A DNA stretch of 64,000 bases from Escherichia coli (lineage in GTDB: Bacteria; Pseudomonadota; Gammaproteobacteria; Enterobacterales; Enterobacteriaceae), in assembly GCF_044324875.1 (NCBI RefSeq), contig NZ_CP172185.1; one strand, given 5' to 3'. A model generated the notes under the pieces. It made no database searches, was not told the DNA's origin, and was given only the letters and a program-made list of their open reading frames with translations. Within the stretch, counting starts at the first letter, position 1. Each line of letters begins with the position of its first letter. The translations under genes were made by a program, and so were the position numbers. Shown piece by piece: positions 17,535 through 31,641 of the stretch.

Positions 17535-19855
17535 TAATGGCAATCACCGGTGGTGTTGGCTGCGCAGCAACTGCTTACCGACTTGCGCGTTGCCAGCAGT
17601 TCGATATCCACCCGGCTACGCGCGCGACGCAGCAAACCGATAACCACGATGTTAAACAGGATAACCGCCAGAATGCACACCAGGCTGTAAGTTGGATGCT
17701 GGCTGTAGCTGGCGACTTGATAGAACAATGTTGCCAGCGAGTAAGCGATATTCAGCCCCCACAGGATGGAGAAGCCCATCCAGCCACGGCTTGATTCACG
17801 GGCGATAGCACCCATCACCGAGATGCACGGTACGTACAGCAGGACGAAAATCAGGTAGCTGTATGCGGCAGCTGCACTACCGAATTTCTGATCCATCACA
17901 CCCATCGCCCCGGTACCCATTTCGCCGTCGCCTTTGCTCGCTTCAATCGGGTTCATCAGTACGCTAAGGCTGAAGGTGTCTTTCAGGCTCTGCCAGGTTT
18001 CATCTACCGCACTGAACAGCTCTTCACCGAGGTTAAATTCCGCCGGATTGAACTCTTCGTCCTGAATATTTTCTGCGGTGTAGAGGGTGTTGAGCGTACC
18101 CACCACCACTTCTTTCGCCATTGCGCCTGTAAACAGGCCAACCGTTGCCTGCCAGTTATCTTCATGCACGCCAATCGGCTTGAAGACTGGGGTGATCACC
18201 CGGCTGACGGAAGCCAGCGCCGAGTCGTTGATGTTATCGACGATTTTCCCGCTCAGAGAGAAGCTGTTGAAAGCACTCAGGAAAATGCTGACGATGATAA
18301 TCACTTTACCAGCACGCAGAACGAAGCCTTTCAGACGCTGCCAGGTCTGGATAATCAGGCTTTTAACGTGTGGTACATGGTAGACCGGCAGCTCCATGAC
18401 AAATGGCGTCGCTTCACCGCGCATGATGGTGTACTTGAGCATCAGGCCAGTCAGCACCGCCATCACGATACCGAGCATATACAGCGAGAAGACCGCCAGC
18501 GCACCGTTCTGCCCGAAGAAGGCAGCCGCGAATACGGCGAAGATAGCCAGACGCGCGCCGCAGGACATAAACGGTGCCATCATGATGGTCATCAGACGTT
18601 CACGCGGTGCATCAAGCGTACGTGCGCCCATTACCGACGGTACGTTACAACCGAAACCAACGATCAGCGGCACAAAGGATTTCCCCGGCAAGCCCAGCGC
18701 CTGCATCAGACGGTCCATCACAAACGCCGCACGCGCCATATATCCGGAGTCCTCGAGGAAGGAGAGGAACAGGTACATCATGCCGATCTGCGGCACCAGT
18801 GGCAGCACGGTGTTAATACCGCCGCCCAGGCCCTGGGCGAGGAAGATAGTCAGCCAGTCCGGGAAGTGGAGCGTGTAGCCAATCCACTGAATACCATGCA
18901 CAAACAGCGCCACGGAACCGACATCAAACAGCGGCTGTAACGCCCCGCCGATGTTGATAGCCAGCAGGAACATCAGGTACATCACAAAGAGGAAAATCGG
19001 CAGACCGAGGAAACGGTTGAGCACGATTTTATCTACCGCAGTGGTGAAACGGCTGGGTTCTGCCGTCAGGGTGTTGCTTACCACATCACAGATGGCAGCA
19101 ATGCACTGGTAACGCGCATCGGCAATGTGCAGCGCCGGATCGTCCATCTCATTACGCAGACGGGCGAGGGCGGCATCCAGATGCTGCGACGCTTCACCGG
19201 CGTAGGCGCGGCTGTAGATATCGCCTTCCAGCATTTGCAGGCCCAGCCAGCGACGTTGTTTCAGCGGGATGTCGGAAGGCATCACTTTTGCCAGTGAATC
19301 TGCTTCGTTGAGCAGCGGCTGTGCGTAATGCACCAGTTCCACATTCTCGTTAGCTTTATAGCGATCAATCGCCAGCTTGAGCGCTTCAATACCGCGACCA
19401 CGGGTTGAAACCAGCGGGATCACCGGGCAGCCAAGACGCGCCGACAGAGCATCAATTTCAATACGAATATTTTGCTTCTCGGCAATGTCGAGCATGTTCA
19501 GTGCCACGATGCAGGGAATGCCGAGTTCCAGCAGTTGCAGCGTCAGGTACAGGTTACGCTCAAGGTTAGACGCATCCACCACGTTAATCAGCAGGTCGGC
19601 GTCGCCACTCAGAATATAGTGACAGGCGATTTGCTCATCGAGCGAGGTCTGCGATGAGATGGTGGTCAGAGAATAGGTGCCGGGCAGGTCCACCAGCGTG
19701 ACCTGATGATCGGTGGTGGAGAATTGCCCTTCTTTACGTTCGACGGTAACGCCAGCCCAGTTACCTACACGCTGACGTGCGCCAGTGAGCTGGTTAAATA
19801 AGGTTGTCTTGCCAGAATTTGGATTACCAATTAAGCCAATGGTTAATTTTTTCAT
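17534..19855 (-). CDS. feoB: ferrous iron transporter FeoB (GTPase-permease)
   Basis: 773-aa frame from [21 protein letters not shown]; N-terminal G-domain then polytopic membrane domain. Confidence 0.95.
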   Translation of the reverse strand: MKKLTIGLIGNPNSGKTTLFNQLTGARQRVGNWAGVTVERKEGQFSTTDHQVTLVDLPGTYSLTTISSQTSLDEQIACHYILSGDADLLINVVDASNLERNLYLTLQLLELGIPCIVALNMLDIAEKQNIRIEIDALSARLGCPVIPLVSTRGRGIEALKLAIDRYKANENVELVHYAQPLLNEADSLAKVMPSDIPLKQRRWLGLQMLEGDIYSRAYAGEASQHLDAALARLRNEMDDPALHIADARYQCIAAICDVVSNTLTAEPSRFTTAVDKIVLNRFLGLPIFLFVMYLMFLLAINIGGALQPLFDVGSVALFVHGIQWIGYTLHFPDWLTIFLAQGLGGGINTVLPLVPQIGMMYLFLSFLEDSGYMARAAFVMDRLMQALGLPGKSFVPLIVGFGCNVPSVMGARTLDAPRERLMTIMMAPFMSCGARLAIFAVFAAAFFGQNGALAVFSLYMLGIVMAVLTGLMLKYTIMRGEATPFVMELPVYHVPHVKSLIIQTWQRLKGFVLRAGKVIIIVSIFLSAFNSFSLSGKIVDNINDSALASVSRVITPVFKPIGVHEDNWQATVGLFTGAMAKEVVVGTLNTLYTAENIQDEEFNPAEFNLGEELFSAVDETWQSLKDTFSLSVLMNPIEASKGDGEMGTGAMGVMDQKFGSAAAAYSYLIFVLLYVPCISVMGAIARESSRGWMGFSILWGLNIAYSLATLFYQVASYSQHPTYSLVCILAVILFNIVVIGLLRRARSRVDIELLATRKSVSSCCAANTTGDCH

Positions 19856-19871
19856 TGTTGTTATCACCGTA

Positions 19872-20099
19872 TTAACAGGAAACCGCTTCCACTTCTAATA
19901 AGGCCAGATCTTTTTTGCGTAATACCAGGCTCACTCGACGGGTTTCGATATGAATGGGGTCGCCAAGTGGAGCGACGCGCACCACATTAAAAGAGGAGCC
20001 AGGTAACATGCCAAGAGAAAGCAGTTTTTGGCGATATGCCGGGCTGATTTCACGGGAAAAGCCAGTGATTTTCCACGCAGTATCTGGAGTGTATTGCAT
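19872..20099 (-). CDS. feoA: ferrous iron transport protein FeoA
   Basis: 75-aa ORF 4 bp upstream of feoB. Confidence 0.9.
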   Translation of the reverse strand: MQYTPDTAWKITGFSREISPAYRQKLLSLGMLPGSSFNVVRVAPLGDPIHIETRRVSLVLRKKDLALLEVEAVSC

Positions 20100-20206
20100 A
20101 GGTGCCTACTTGTTTCTCATTAACTGGATAACTACCTCATGGGGCGTTTGACAGCGACATGAGACCAGATGATTTGCCAACGAAGGAGAGATTAAATAAT
20201 CAACAA

Positions 20207-20225
20207 CACAATGATAATGAGAATG
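20207..20225. promoter_or_regulatory. candidate Fur box in feoA promoter
   Basis: aatgataatgagaat matches the Fur consensus core (GATAATGATAATCATTATC) at about 12 of 15 positions, about 110 bp upstream of feoA. Confidence 0.45.
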
Positions 20226-20288
20226 GTTTCTATCAGCAATACTTAAAATGTGTGCGAATGTTGGTTTGAATAATAATCTGACTCAATG

Positions 20289-20302
20289 TTGATGTGGCTC
20301 AA
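20289..20302. promoter_or_regulatory. candidate FNR/CRP-family half-site pair upstream of feoA
   Basis: TTGAT-gtgg-CTCAA resembles the FNR consensus TTGAT-N4-ATCAA. Confidence 0.25.
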
Positions 20303-20482
20303 GGTTATATCGCAGCGAAAATATAATTCGAATAGCGAATTACCAGGACTGGTTAATGTTTAATTAAGGTTTCAGTTGTTAATGAAGTGATAAATATTAA
20401 CGGGATATATTGAGAGTTTGGTTGTGGAATAAAAAGGCCGGAGATATTCTCCGGCACTTTTATGTCAGGCAAGGCGTTCGTT

Positions 20483-20515
20483 GCCAGATGCGGCGTGAAC
20501 GCCTTATCTGGTAGG
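20483..20515. repeat. REP element downstream of yhgF
   Basis: gccagatgcggcgtgaacgccttatctggtagg. Confidence 0.5.
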
Positions 20516-20538
20516 TTTACGTTTGTCTATCAGGGCGT

Positions 20539-22860
20539 TTAACGTTTTTTGCCCATTGCCGCCGCCAGCGCATCCATCATCGCGCTGTTACCGGCAGGCT
20601 GCGCTTCACGCCCACGCGGTTTGGCTGCCGGGCGGTTGTTTTGCGGGCGTTCATTACCGCCGCCGCGACGGGCGTTGGTTTCGCCAGGCTGCTCGTCCAG
20701 ACGCATAGTCAGGGCGATACGTTTACGCTGAAGATCGACTTCCAGCACTTTCACCTTCACAATGTCGCCCGCTTTCACCACGGTATGCGGATCTTCCACA
20801 AACTTATTCGACAATGAAGAGATGTGAACCAGGCCGTCCTGATGCACGCCGATATCGACAAACGCGCCAAAGTTGGTGACGTTGGTCACCGCGCCTTCGA
20901 GGATCATACCCGGTTGCAGGTCGTTCATTGTCTCGACGCCATCAGCAAACTGAGCGGTTTTAAATTCCGGACGCGGATCGCGACCCGGTTTTTCCAGCTC
21001 TTTGATGATGTCAGTTACTGTCGGCACACCGAATTTCTCATCAGTAAAGTCAGACGCTTTCAGGTTACGCAGCTCGCTGCTGTTACCCATCAGATCTTTC
21101 AGTGCCTGCTGTGTTGCTGCCAGAATGCGTTCCACCACCGGATAGGCTTCCGGGTGAACGGTAGAGGCGTCCAGCGGGTTATCGCCGTGGTTAATACGCA
21201 GGAAGCCCGCACATTGCTCGAAGGCTTTCGGCCCCAGACGGCTCACTTTCAGCAGTTGCTGACGGTTCTGGAACTGACCGTTCTCATCGCGCCAGGCCAC
21301 GATGTTTTGCGCCATCATGCGCGTCAGGCCCGCCACGCGAGTTAACAGCGGAACAGAAGCGGTGTTGAGATCGACGCCAACAGCGTTTACGCAGTCTTCT
21401 ACTACTGCATCCAGTTTGCGGGCCAGCTGCGTCTGGCTGACGTCATGCTGATACTGACCTACGCCGATAGATTTCGGATCGATTTTCACTAGCTCCGCCA
21501 GCGGATCTTGCAAACGACGGGCGATAGATACCGCGCCACGCAGCGAAACGTCGAGATCCGGGAACTCCTGCGCTGCCAGCTCGGAAGCCGAGTAAACCGA
21601 CGCGCCTGCTTCGCTGACGATCACTTTCTGCGCGGTCACTTTCGGGAACTGCTTCTGCACGTCGAGATAGAAACGCTCAGTTTCGCGGGAAGCTGTACCG
21701 TTGCCGATCGCCACCAGTTCAACATTATGCTTTTCACACAGGGCAGCAACGGTCATCGCTGCTTTTGCGGCTTGTCCGGTGTGCGGGTAAATGGTATCGG
21801 TCGCCACCAGTTTGCCAGTTGCATCGACCACCGCTACTTTTACCCCGGTACGCAGACCCGGATCGAGGCCCATCGTTGCACGCAGTCCGGCTGGGGCCGC
21901 CATCAGCAGATCGTGCAGGTTACGGGCAAAGACGTTGATTGCTTCATCTTCCGCGCGTTCGCGCACGGTGCCCATCAGTTCGGTTTCCAGATGCATCAGC
22001 ACCTTGATGCGCCACGTCCAGCTCACCACGCCTTTGCGCCAGCTATCCGCCGGGGCATTGTTCAGGCGCAGGCCGAGATGATCCATAATGATTTGCTCGC
22101 AATAGCTCTCTTTTGGCGGCTCATCGAACTGCGGATCGGCATTCAGCGAAAGTTGGAGTACGCCTTCGTTACGCCCACGGAACATCGCCAGCGCGCGGTG
22201 AGAAGGCACCGTTGACAGCGGTTCGTGATGATCGAAATAGTCGCGGAATTTCGCCCCTTCCTCTTCTTTACCACTCACCACCGTAGAAACCAAATGCGCG
22301 TTCTTCCACAGATAATCACGCACTTTCGCCAGCAGCGCGGCATCTTCGGCAAACCGTTCCATCAGGATATAGCGCGCGCCGTCCAGCGCGGCTTTGGTAT
22401 CTGCCACGCCTTTATCGGCATCAACATATTGTGCAGCGGCGACTTCTGGCGTGTGTGATGGAGAGCTCCACAGCAGGTCAGCCAACGGCTCAAGCCCTGC
22501 TTCAATGGCGATTTGCCCGCGGGTGCGGCGTTTAGGTTTGTAGGGCAGGTAGAGGTCTTCGAGTTCGGTTTTGCTTAGTGTGGCGTTGATGGCATTCGCC
22601 AGCTCGTCAGTGAGTTTGCCTTGCTCGGAAATGGACTTGAGGATCGCCTGACGTCTCTCTTCCAGCTCGCGCAGATAGCTCAGACGCGTTTCCAGATTAC
22701 GCAGCTGCGTGTCATCCAGACCGCCGGTGATTTCCTTACGATAACGTGCGATAAACGGCACGGTATTCCCTTCGTCAAGCAGGCGAACGGCAGCGTCAAC
22801 CTGTTCCGGGCGCGCCTGAATTTCACCCGCAATAATGCGGCAGAACGAATCATTCATCAT
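20539..22860 (-). CDS. yhgF: Tex-like transcription accessory protein (S1 RNA-binding domain)
   Basis: 773-aa ORF recognised as YhgF/Tex; C-terminal S1 domain and basic tail. Confidence 0.9.
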   Translation of the reverse strand: MMNDSFCRIIAGEIQARPEQVDAAVRLLDEGNTVPFIARYRKEITGGLDDTQLRNLETRLSYLRELEERRQAILKSISEQGKLTDELANAINATLSKTELEDLYLPYKPKRRTRGQIAIEAGLEPLADLLWSSPSHTPEVAAAQYVDADKGVADTKAALDGARYILMERFAEDAALLAKVRDYLWKNAHLVSTVVSGKEEEGAKFRDYFDHHEPLSTVPSHRALAMFRGRNEGVLQLSLNADPQFDEPPKESYCEQIIMDHLGLRLNNAPADSWRKGVVSWTWRIKVLMHLETELMGTVRERAEDEAINVFARNLHDLLMAAPAGLRATMGLDPGLRTGVKVAVVDATGKLVATDTIYPHTGQAAKAAMTVAALCEKHNVELVAIGNGTASRETERFYLDVQKQFPKVTAQKVIVSEAGASVYSASELAAQEFPDLDVSLRGAVSIARRLQDPLAELVKIDPKSIGVGQYQHDVSQTQLARKLDAVVEDCVNAVGVDLNTASVPLLTRVAGLTRMMAQNIVAWRDENGQFQNRQQLLKVSRLGPKAFEQCAGFLRINHGDNPLDASTVHPEAYPVVERILAATQQALKDLMGNSSELRNLKASDFTDEKFGVPTVTDIIKELEKPGRDPRPEFKTAQFADGVETMNDLQPGMILEGAVTNVTNFGAFVDIGVHQDGLVHISSLSNKFVEDPHTVVKAGDIVKVKVLEVDLQRKRIALTMRLDEQPGETNARRGGGNERPQNNRPAAKPRGREAQPAGNSAMMDALAAAMGKKR

Positions 22861-22956
22861 GGTTTGAGTTCATCTTTTCGGATCAAAAATCAGGGGATAG
22901 TTATACGGACTGGCTGGCAAAAATGCCAGCCATCGGCAGGAGGTTAAGACTCTTCC

Positions 22957-23433
22957 TTACGGTTTCACGTACTCGATAGCATTAACATACCAGCTCGCTT
23001 CCCCGGCAGGGGTATTGACCACCGCCAGGTCGCCCACCTCTTTTTTCAGCAATGCGCGAGCCATCGGGGAATCGATAGAGATGTAATCTTTACGGCCAAA
23101 AATTTCATCGTAGCCGACAATACGGAAACGGTGAGTCACGCCATCGTCGTTTTCAATCTCCACCCACGCGCCAAAAAAGACTTTGCCTTCCTGCTGCGGG
23201 GAGTAATCGACGATTTTGAGATTTTCCATGCATTTAGTGAGATAGCGCACGCGACGGTCGATTTCACGCAGACGCTTTTTATTATACTGATAGTCAGCAT
23301 TTTCGCTGCGGTCGCCCAGACTTGCAGCCCAGGTCACCTTTTTTGTGACCTCCGGGCGTTCTTCACGCCAGAGATAATTAAGCTCTTGTTTGAGTTTTTC
23401 ATACCCTTCCCGGGTAACCAGGGGCGTTTTCAT
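22957..23433 (-). CDS. greB: transcript cleavage factor GreB
   Basis: 158-aa frame from MKTPLVTREGYEKLKQEL; Gre-factor coiled coil plus FKBP-like domain. Confidence 0.9.
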   Translation of the reverse strand: MKTPLVTREGYEKLKQELNYLWREERPEVTKKVTWAASLGDRSENADYQYNKKRLREIDRRVRYLTKCMENLKIVDYSPQQEGKVFFGAWVEIENDDGVTHRFRIVGYDEIFGRKDYISIDSPMARALLKKEVGDLAVVNTPAGEASWYVNAIEYVKP

Positions 23434-23660
23434 CTCGTTGATTCCCTTTGTCTGTTTGATAATGCGCACATTGGGTATAACGTGATCATATCAACAGAAT
23501 CAATAATGTTTCGCCGAATAAATTGTATACTTAAGCTGCTGTTTAATATGCTTTGTAACAATTTAGGCTGAAATTCATACCAGATTTAGCTGGTGACGAA
23601 CGTGAGCTTTTTTAAGAATACACGCTTACAAATTGTTGCGAACCTTTGGGAGTACAAACA

Positions 23661-25729
<2,069 letters not shown>

Positions 25730-25743
25730 ATAAAACGGGAGGC

Positions 25744-25773
25744 GAAGGTGCCTCCCGTTTTGCTTTCTATAAG
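25744..25773. terminator. bidirectional rho-independent terminator between envZ and pck
   Basis: aaaacgggaggc-gaag-gtgcctcccgtttt hairpin flanked by A-run and T-run. Confidence 0.6.
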
Positions 25774-25805
25774 ATACTGGATAGATATTCTCCAGCTTCA
25801 AACCA

Positions 25806-27428
25806 TTACAGTTTCGGACCTGCTTCTACCAGCGCGGCACCCGCAGGGGTGTCGGTGTATTTATCGAAGTTGTCGATAAACAGTTTCGCCAGGGTTTCAG
25901 CTTTTTCCTGCCACTGTTCCGGAGAAGCGTAGGTATTACGCGGATCGAGGATCCTGGTGTCTACGCCCGGCAGTTCAGTTGGGATCGCCAGGTTAAACAT
26001 CGGCAAAGTGAAGGTTTCTGCGTTATCCAGCGAACCGTTGAGGATGGCGTCGATAATGGCGCGGGTATCTTTAATGGAGATACGTTTGCCAGTGCCGTTC
26101 CAGCCGGTGTTAACCAGATACGCCTGCGCGCCTGCCGCCTGCATACGTTTCACCAGCACTTCTGCGTACTGAGTCGGGTGCAGCGACAGGAATGCCGCGC
26201 CGAAGCAGGCAGAGAAAGTTGGCGTCGGTTCGGTGATGCCACGCTCAGTACCGGCCAGTTTGGCGGTGAAGCCAGAGAGGAAGTGGTACTGGGTTTGATC
26301 GGCCGTCAGACGAGAAACCGGTGGCAGCACACCAAAGGCGTCTGCGGTCAGGAAGATAACTTTCGTTGCGTGGCCCGCTTTGGAAACCGGCTTAACGATG
26401 TTATCGATGTGATAGATCGGATAAGAAACGCGGGTGTTCTCGGTTTTTGAACCATCATCAAAGTCGATAGTGCCATCTTCACGCACGGTGACGTTTTCCA
26501 GCAGCGCATCGCGACGGATAGCGTTGTAGATTTCAGGTTCCGCTTCTTTCGACAGCTTGATAGTTTTTGCGTAGCAGCCGCCTTCGAAGTTAAACACGCC
26601 GTCATCGTCCCAGCCGTGTTCGTCATCGCCAATCAGGCGACGTTTCGGGTCGGTGGAAAGGGTGGTTTTACCGGTGCCGGAAAGGCCGAAGAACACCGCA
26701 ACATCGCCTTTCTCGCCAACGTTGGCGGAGCAGTGCATAGAAGCGATACCTTTCAGCGGCAGCAGGTAGTTCATCATTGAGAACATCCCTTTCTTCATTT
26801 CGCCGCCGTACCAGGTGCCGCCAATCAGCTGCATGCGCTCGGTCAGGTTAAACGCCACGAAGTTTTCGGAATTCAGACCCTGTTCTTTCCACTGCGGGTT
26901 AGTGCACTTCGCGCCGTTCATAACGATAAAGTCTGGTTTGAAACCTGCCAGCTCTTCATCGCTCGGGCGAATAAACATGTTTTTGACAAAATGCGCCTGC
27001 CAGGCCACTTCGGTGATGAAACGGACGGAAAGACGAGTATCCGGGTTCGCACCACAGAAAGCGTCGACAACGAACAGACGTTTGCCGGAAAGCTGTTTGG
27101 TCACCAGGCTTTTCAGATGCTGCCAGGTTTCCGGAGAGAGAGGTTTGTTGTCGTTCTTACCTTTGCCTTTGTCTGCCCACCAGAAAGTATCGCGAGTGGT
27201 ATCGTCACGGACGATATACTTATCTTTTGGTGAACGACCGGTGAAGATCCCGGTATCGACGGCAACGGCACCCAGATTAGTTAACACCCCGCGCTCATAA
27301 CCTGTCAGGCTCGGATCGAGCTCTTCCTGATACAGCAGGTCGTAGCTTGGGTTGTAAACGATATCATGTACGTCACTGATACCATAAGCCTCGAGTTCTT
27401 GCGGGGTCAAACCATTGTTAACGCGCAT
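25806..27428 (-). CDS. pck: phosphoenolpyruvate carboxykinase (ATP)
   Basis: 540-aa frame from [17 protein letters not shown]; kinase P-loop GLSGTGKTT. Confidence 0.95.
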   Translation of the reverse strand: MRVNNGLTPQELEAYGISDVHDIVYNPSYDLLYQEELDPSLTGYERGVLTNLGAVAVDTGIFTGRSPKDKYIVRDDTTRDTFWWADKGKGKNDNKPLSPETWQHLKSLVTKQLSGKRLFVVDAFCGANPDTRLSVRFITEVAWQAHFVKNMFIRPSDEELAGFKPDFIVMNGAKCTNPQWKEQGLNSENFVAFNLTERMQLIGGTWYGGEMKKGMFSMMNYLLPLKGIASMHCSANVGEKGDVAVFFGLSGTGKTTLSTDPKRRLIGDDEHGWDDDGVFNFEGGCYAKTIKLSKEAEPEIYNAIRRDALLENVTVREDGTIDFDDGSKTENTRVSYPIYHIDNIVKPVSKAGHATKVIFLTADAFGVLPPVSRLTADQTQYHFLSGFTAKLAGTERGITEPTPTFSACFGAAFLSLHPTQYAEVLVKRMQAAGAQAYLVNTGWNGTGKRISIKDTRAIIDAILNGSLDNAETFTLPMFNLAIPTELPGVDTRILDPRNTYASPEQWQEKAETLAKLFIDNFDKYTDTPAGAALVEAGPKL

Positions 27429-27806
27429 TTCACTGCTCCTTAGCCAATATGTATTGCCTGAATAGTAAAGTCTTTTTGGGGGTGTTAACCGCGACAAGGC
27501 TCATAGATTTACGTATCTGGAGAAATTCATATTTGACAAAAAACTCCGTGATTCCTGTCACGAAACGGTTGCTATTATCGCAGAAATAGCATTTTAGGTG
27601 TGGAAAATGTTCTTAAAAGGTTAAATCTTGGTTTATATGGCGGGAATATTGTGAGTGGAATCGCATTCCGGAATGAAATTGATGCAAATTCAATCGGTAA
27701 AGTATCGATTCACCACGCTAACTTTTTTTGATTATTTTCTGAAAAAAGCAAAATACTACGGCCCGGATGCGATAATTAACCCACGTTTTGATTCTGGATA
27801 ACTAAC

Positions 27807-29531
27807 ATGGATAACGTTGAACTTTCACCCGCAACACGCTGGGGGATGATTGCTACCGGATTACTTCAGGGTCTGGTTTGCTACCTACTGATCGCCTGGC
27901 TTGCCGGAAAAAATCTCAGTTGGATTGTTTATGGCGTGCCTGCGACCGTCGCGTTTTCATCCGTTTTACTCTTCTCCGTGATCTCCTTTAAACAGAAGCG
28001 CCTTTGGGGATGGCTGGCGCTGGTGTTTATTGCCACGCTAGGGATGAGCGGTTGGCTAAAGTGGCAAATTGATGGCATGAACCCCTGGAGAGCTGAAAAG
28101 GCGCTTTGGGATTTTGGCTGCTATCTGCTGCTGATGGCAATGTTGTTGCTACCGTGGATACAACAAAGCCTTCGCATCCGCAATGACAGTAGCCGCTATC
28201 GCTATTTTTACCAGTCAGTATGGCATAACGTACTTATATTACTGGTGATTTTTCTCGCCAATGGCCTGACATGGCTGGTACTTTTACTGTGGGGCGAGTT
28301 GTTTAAACTTGTTGGCATCACGTTTTTCAAAACGATCTTTTTTGCAACCGACTGGTTTATTTATCTCACGTTAGGTCTGGTTACCGCACTGGCGGTGATC
28401 CTCGCGCGTACACAGTCACGTTTAATCGACTCTATTCAAAAGTTGTTCACGTTAATCGCCACGGGGTTGCTGCCGTTAGTATCATTGCTAACCCTGATGT
28501 TTATCATCACCCTGCCGTTTACGGGCCTGAGCGCGATTTCTCGCCACATTTCCGCCGCCGGGTTGCTGTTGACGCTGGCCTTTTTGCAATTGATCTTAAT
28601 GGCTATTGTCCGCGATCCGCAAAAATCGTCACTTCCCTGGACGGGGCCGTTGCGTTGCCTGATTAAAACCGCTCTGCTGGCTGCTCCGCTGTATGTGTTC
28701 GTCGCCGCCTGGGCGTTATGGCTGCGGGTCGCTCAGTACGGCTGGACTGTCGACCGCTTGCAGGGCGCGCTGGCAGTGCTGGTGTTACTGGTATGGTCGC
28801 TGGGGTATTTTGTCAGTATCGTCTGGCGTAAAGGGCAAAACCCCCTTGTTCTTCAGGGCAAAGTGAACCTTGCGGTTTCGTTATTGGTGTTGGTAATACT
28901 GGTGCTTCTTAATTCTCCGGTGCTGGACAGTATGCGCATTAGCGTGAACAGTCATATGGCGCGTTATCAGAGCGGCAAAAACACGCCAGACCAGGTAAGT
29001 CTCTATATGCTCGAACAGAGCGGTCGCTATGGACGTGCGGCGCTTGAGTCGCTGAAAAGCGATGCCGGGTTTATGAAAGACCCGAAACGCGCGCGGGATC
29101 TGTTGATGGCGTTAGATGGAGAGCAACATCTTCAGCAACAGATATCGGAAAAAGTATTAGCCGAAAATGTGTTAATTGCCCCTGGTTCTGGTAAACCGGA
29201 TGCGACATTCTGGTCGGCCTTAATCCAGGATCGCTATAACGTGATGACCTGTATTGAAAAAGACGCCTGCGTACTGGTCGAGCAAGATCTGAATAGTGAT
29301 GGCAGGGCAGAGCGGATCCTCTTTGCCTTTGATGATGAAAGATACATTGTCTATGGCTTTGATCCTGACAAGAAAGAATGGCAAGAGCTTACGATGAGTT
29401 TACTTCCGCGTGATATAACGAAAGAAAAATTACTCACAGCTGCGAAGGATGGAAAACTGGGAACGAAGCCTAAAGCGTGGCGCGATCTTGTAGTGGATGG
29501 TGAAAGGCTGGATGTGAATCTGAATGAGTGA
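27807..29531 (+). CDS. yhgE: uncharacterised polytopic inner-membrane protein with hydrophilic C-terminal domain
   Basis: 574-aa ORF; about 10 hydrophobic segments in first ~400 aa, then soluble ~170-aa C-terminus. Confidence 0.8.
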   Translation: MDNVELSPATRWGMIATGLLQGLVCYLLIAWLAGKNLSWIVYGVPATVAFSSVLLFSVISFKQKRLWGWLALVFIATLGMSGWLKWQIDGMNPWRAEKALWDFGCYLLLMAMLLLPWIQQSLRIRNDSSRYRYFYQSVWHNVLILLVIFLANGLTWLVLLLWGELFKLVGITFFKTIFFATDWFIYLTLGLVTALAVILARTQSRLIDSIQKLFTLIATGLLPLVSLLTLMFIITLPFTGLSAISRHISAAGLLLTLAFLQLILMAIVRDPQKSSLPWTGPLRCLIKTALLAAPLYVFVAAWALWLRVAQYGWTVDRLQGALAVLVLLVWSLGYFVSIVWRKGQNPLVLQGKVNLAVSLLVLVILVLLNSPVLDSMRISVNSHMARYQSGKNTPDQVSLYMLEQSGRYGRAALESLKSDAGFMKDPKRARDLLMALDGEQHLQQQISEKVLAENVLIAPGSGKPDATFWSALIQDRYNVMTCIEKDACVLVEQDLNSDGRAERILFAFDDERYIVYGFDPDKKEWQELTMSLLPRDITKEKLLTAAKDGKLGTKPKAWRDLVVDGERLDVNLNE

Positions 29532-29562
29532 CAAAGCGCATCAGGTGTATTAGTCGTAAAAT

Positions 29563-29586
29563 CCGGCAGAGCTCTCTCTGCCGGAC
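29563..29586. terminator. hairpin between convergent yhgE and hslO
   Basis: tccggcagag-ctct-ctctgccgga inverted repeat. Confidence 0.5.
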
Positions 29587-29593
29587 ATACTCA

Positions 29594-30472
29594 TTAATGA
29601 ACTTGCGGATCTGCCGGGGACGCGTTGTTGCGGATTTCAGCAATATCCATCGCATTGAACAGATAGTGGTTACCGCAGTAATCGCAATGCATGTCAATTT
29701 CGCCATCTTCCGCCAGGATGCTATCGACTTCTTCATCCGGCAGCGTTTTTAGCGCGTCGGCGCAACGTTCACGCGAGCAGGTGCATTTGAACTCCACATC
29801 CTGCGGATCGTAAACCGTCACCTCTTCTTCGTGATACAAACGCCACAACACTTCGTTTGCCGGTAAGGTCAACAGTTCTTCGGTTTTGATGGTTTCGGTT
29901 AGCGTCGCCAGGTGGTCAAAGTCGTCCTGCTGGGCATTTTGCGCAGGCATTACCTGCAACAACATACCGCCTGCAGCCGGTTTGCCGTCTACGTCGCCGG
30001 TGCGAATAAAAAGGCGCGTCGGCAGCTGTTCAGAACGCATAAAGTAATCTTCCAGGCAGGCCGCCAGGGTATCACCTTCCAGACCCACCACGCCCTGATA
30101 GCGTTCACCTTCGCTTGGGGTGATGGTGATCACCACGTAACCATTGCCGACCAGCGTTTTCAGGTCGGCATTTTCTGGAATTTCTCCCTGCACGCGCGCT
30201 ACACCGCGCATCTGCTGGTTGTTGTTACCGTTAATAACCGCCAGATTCATCGGACCGTCGCCTTGCAGCTGTACGGTGATATCACCATCAAACTTCAGCG
30301 TAGCGGTTAACAGGCTGGTCGCAACCAGCAGTTCTGCCAGCACGTTTTTAACGGGTTGCGGATAATCGTGATTCTCAAGGATCTGTTGCAGGGTTTCCGA
30401 AACGGTTACCAGTTCGCCGCGCACGGCAAAGTTTTCAAACAGATAGCGATGTAATTGGTCATGTTGCGGCAT
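29594..30472 (-). CDS. hslO: redox-regulated chaperone Hsp33
   Basis: 292-aa frame; C-terminal zinc centre CTCSRERC...CDYCGNHY. Confidence 0.9.
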   Translation of the reverse strand: MPQHDQLHRYLFENFAVRGELVTVSETLQQILENHDYPQPVKNVLAELLVATSLLTATLKFDGDITVQLQGDGPMNLAVINGNNNQQMRGVARVQGEIPENADLKTLVGNGYVVITITPSEGERYQGVVGLEGDTLAACLEDYFMRSEQLPTRLFIRTGDVDGKPAAGGMLLQVMPAQNAQQDDFDHLATLTETIKTEELLTLPANEVLWRLYHEEEVTVYDPQDVEFKCTCSRERCADALKTLPDEEVDSILAEDGEIDMHCDYCGNHYLFNAMDIAEIRNNASPADPQVH

Positions 30473-30496
30473 AATCATCTCTCTTGCAGGTGACAG

Positions 30497-30898
30497 TTAT
30501 TCACTGTCGCCGTGTTTAAATCGTAACAGGTCGCGGCGCTCTTTTTTGTCCGGGCGTCGGTCCGGGTGCGGCATGGTTAAGGCATTAAGTTTACGTGCCA
30601 GCGCCATTTTTTCGCGTTTCTCTACACTTTCCGCAGTCTCTTCATACAGCAAGGCTGCCTCGCTGGCGGGGCGACGCTGTTCAGTAATCGCCTTTACAAT
30701 CACCGTGCGTTCGTCATTTCCCTGGCGCAGAGTGAGCGTGGCATTCAGCTCGACGATTTTGCTCGGCTTGCTGCGCTGCCCGTTGTAATGCACCTTACCG
30801 CCTTCAATCATTTCACGGGCCAGCGCGCGGGTTTTATAAAAACGGGCAGCCCATAGCCATTTATCCAGTCGAACCTCAACAGCAGGTTTTTCTTTCAT
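30497..30898 (-). CDS. hslR: ribosome-associated heat-shock protein Hsp15 (S4 domain)
   Basis: 133-aa ORF upstream of hslO. Confidence 0.9.
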   Translation of the reverse strand: MKEKPAVEVRLDKWLWAARFYKTRALAREMIEGGKVHYNGQRSKPSKIVELNATLTLRQGNDERTVIVKAITEQRRPASEAALLYEETAESVEKREKMALARKLNALTMPHPDRRPDKKERRDLLRFKHGDSE

Positions 30899-30908
30899 GG
30901 CGTCTCCT

Positions 30909-31577
30909 TCACATTAGCGAGGGGATCAGGCGGCGGTAGTCATTCAGTGACGGATGGCGTTGATACTGTTTCTCGGCAATCCCGGAATCAGGATTAGTCA
31001 CGCCGAGGCAGTAACGAATACCAAATTGCGCGGCAGCATCGAGAATCGCTTCGCTGTCATCAATAAACAGCGTTCTTTCAGCTTTCAGACCCGTAGCTTC
31101 GGCCACCGCATGCCATAACCGCTGATCCTCTTTCGGATAACCAAATGTGTGGGTGGAAAGTAATAAATCAAGGTGTGCGTCCAGACCGGTATGCTCAAGT
31201 TTTACCGCCAGGTTGTGCGGATGAGCATTGGTGAGCAAAATTCGCTGCTTACCGCTGGCTTTCAGTGCCTCAAGAAACGGAATGGTATCTTCACGCAGTA
31301 CGGCACGCGGTCCCATCTCGGTGGTCATCGCACAGATATCCAGACCCAGTTGCTCACTCCAGTAATCAAGACAGTACCAGTTTAGCGTATGCTGTACGTC
31401 GTGATATTGCTGGCGCATATATTCCATCGCTTCCTGTGGCGTAACCCCGTTTTTCGCGCCCCATGTTTCAGGCACCAGCTTTTGCCAGAAATAGTTATCG
31501 AAGGCGAGGTCGAGCAACGTGCCGTCCATATCCAGCAGAACGGTATCTACGTCCTGCCAGGCAATGTTGATATGCAT
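30909..31577 (-). CDS. yrfG: HAD-superfamily purine nucleotidase
   Basis: 222-aa frame from MHINIAWQDVDTVLLDMDGTLLD; HAD motif I DMDGT. Confidence 0.85.
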   Translation of the reverse strand: MHINIAWQDVDTVLLDMDGTLLDLAFDNYFWQKLVPETWGAKNGVTPQEAMEYMRQQYHDVQHTLNWYCLDYWSEQLGLDICAMTTEMGPRAVLREDTIPFLEALKASGKQRILLTNAHPHNLAVKLEHTGLDAHLDLLLSTHTFGYPKEDQRLWHAVAEATGLKAERTLFIDDSEAILDAAAQFGIRYCLGVTNPDSGIAEKQYQRHPSLNDYRRLIPSLM

Positions 31578-31641
31578 GAGGGAAATCTCCAGAGTGAAGC
31601 AATTTGCGCGACAGGGTAGCATAACCTGCCGCGCAAACGTG

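Noticed and set aside
21508-22215. 235-aa plus-strand ORF inside yhgF
   Set aside because: Antisense to the 773-aa yhgF frame; composition typical of reverse-frame artefact.
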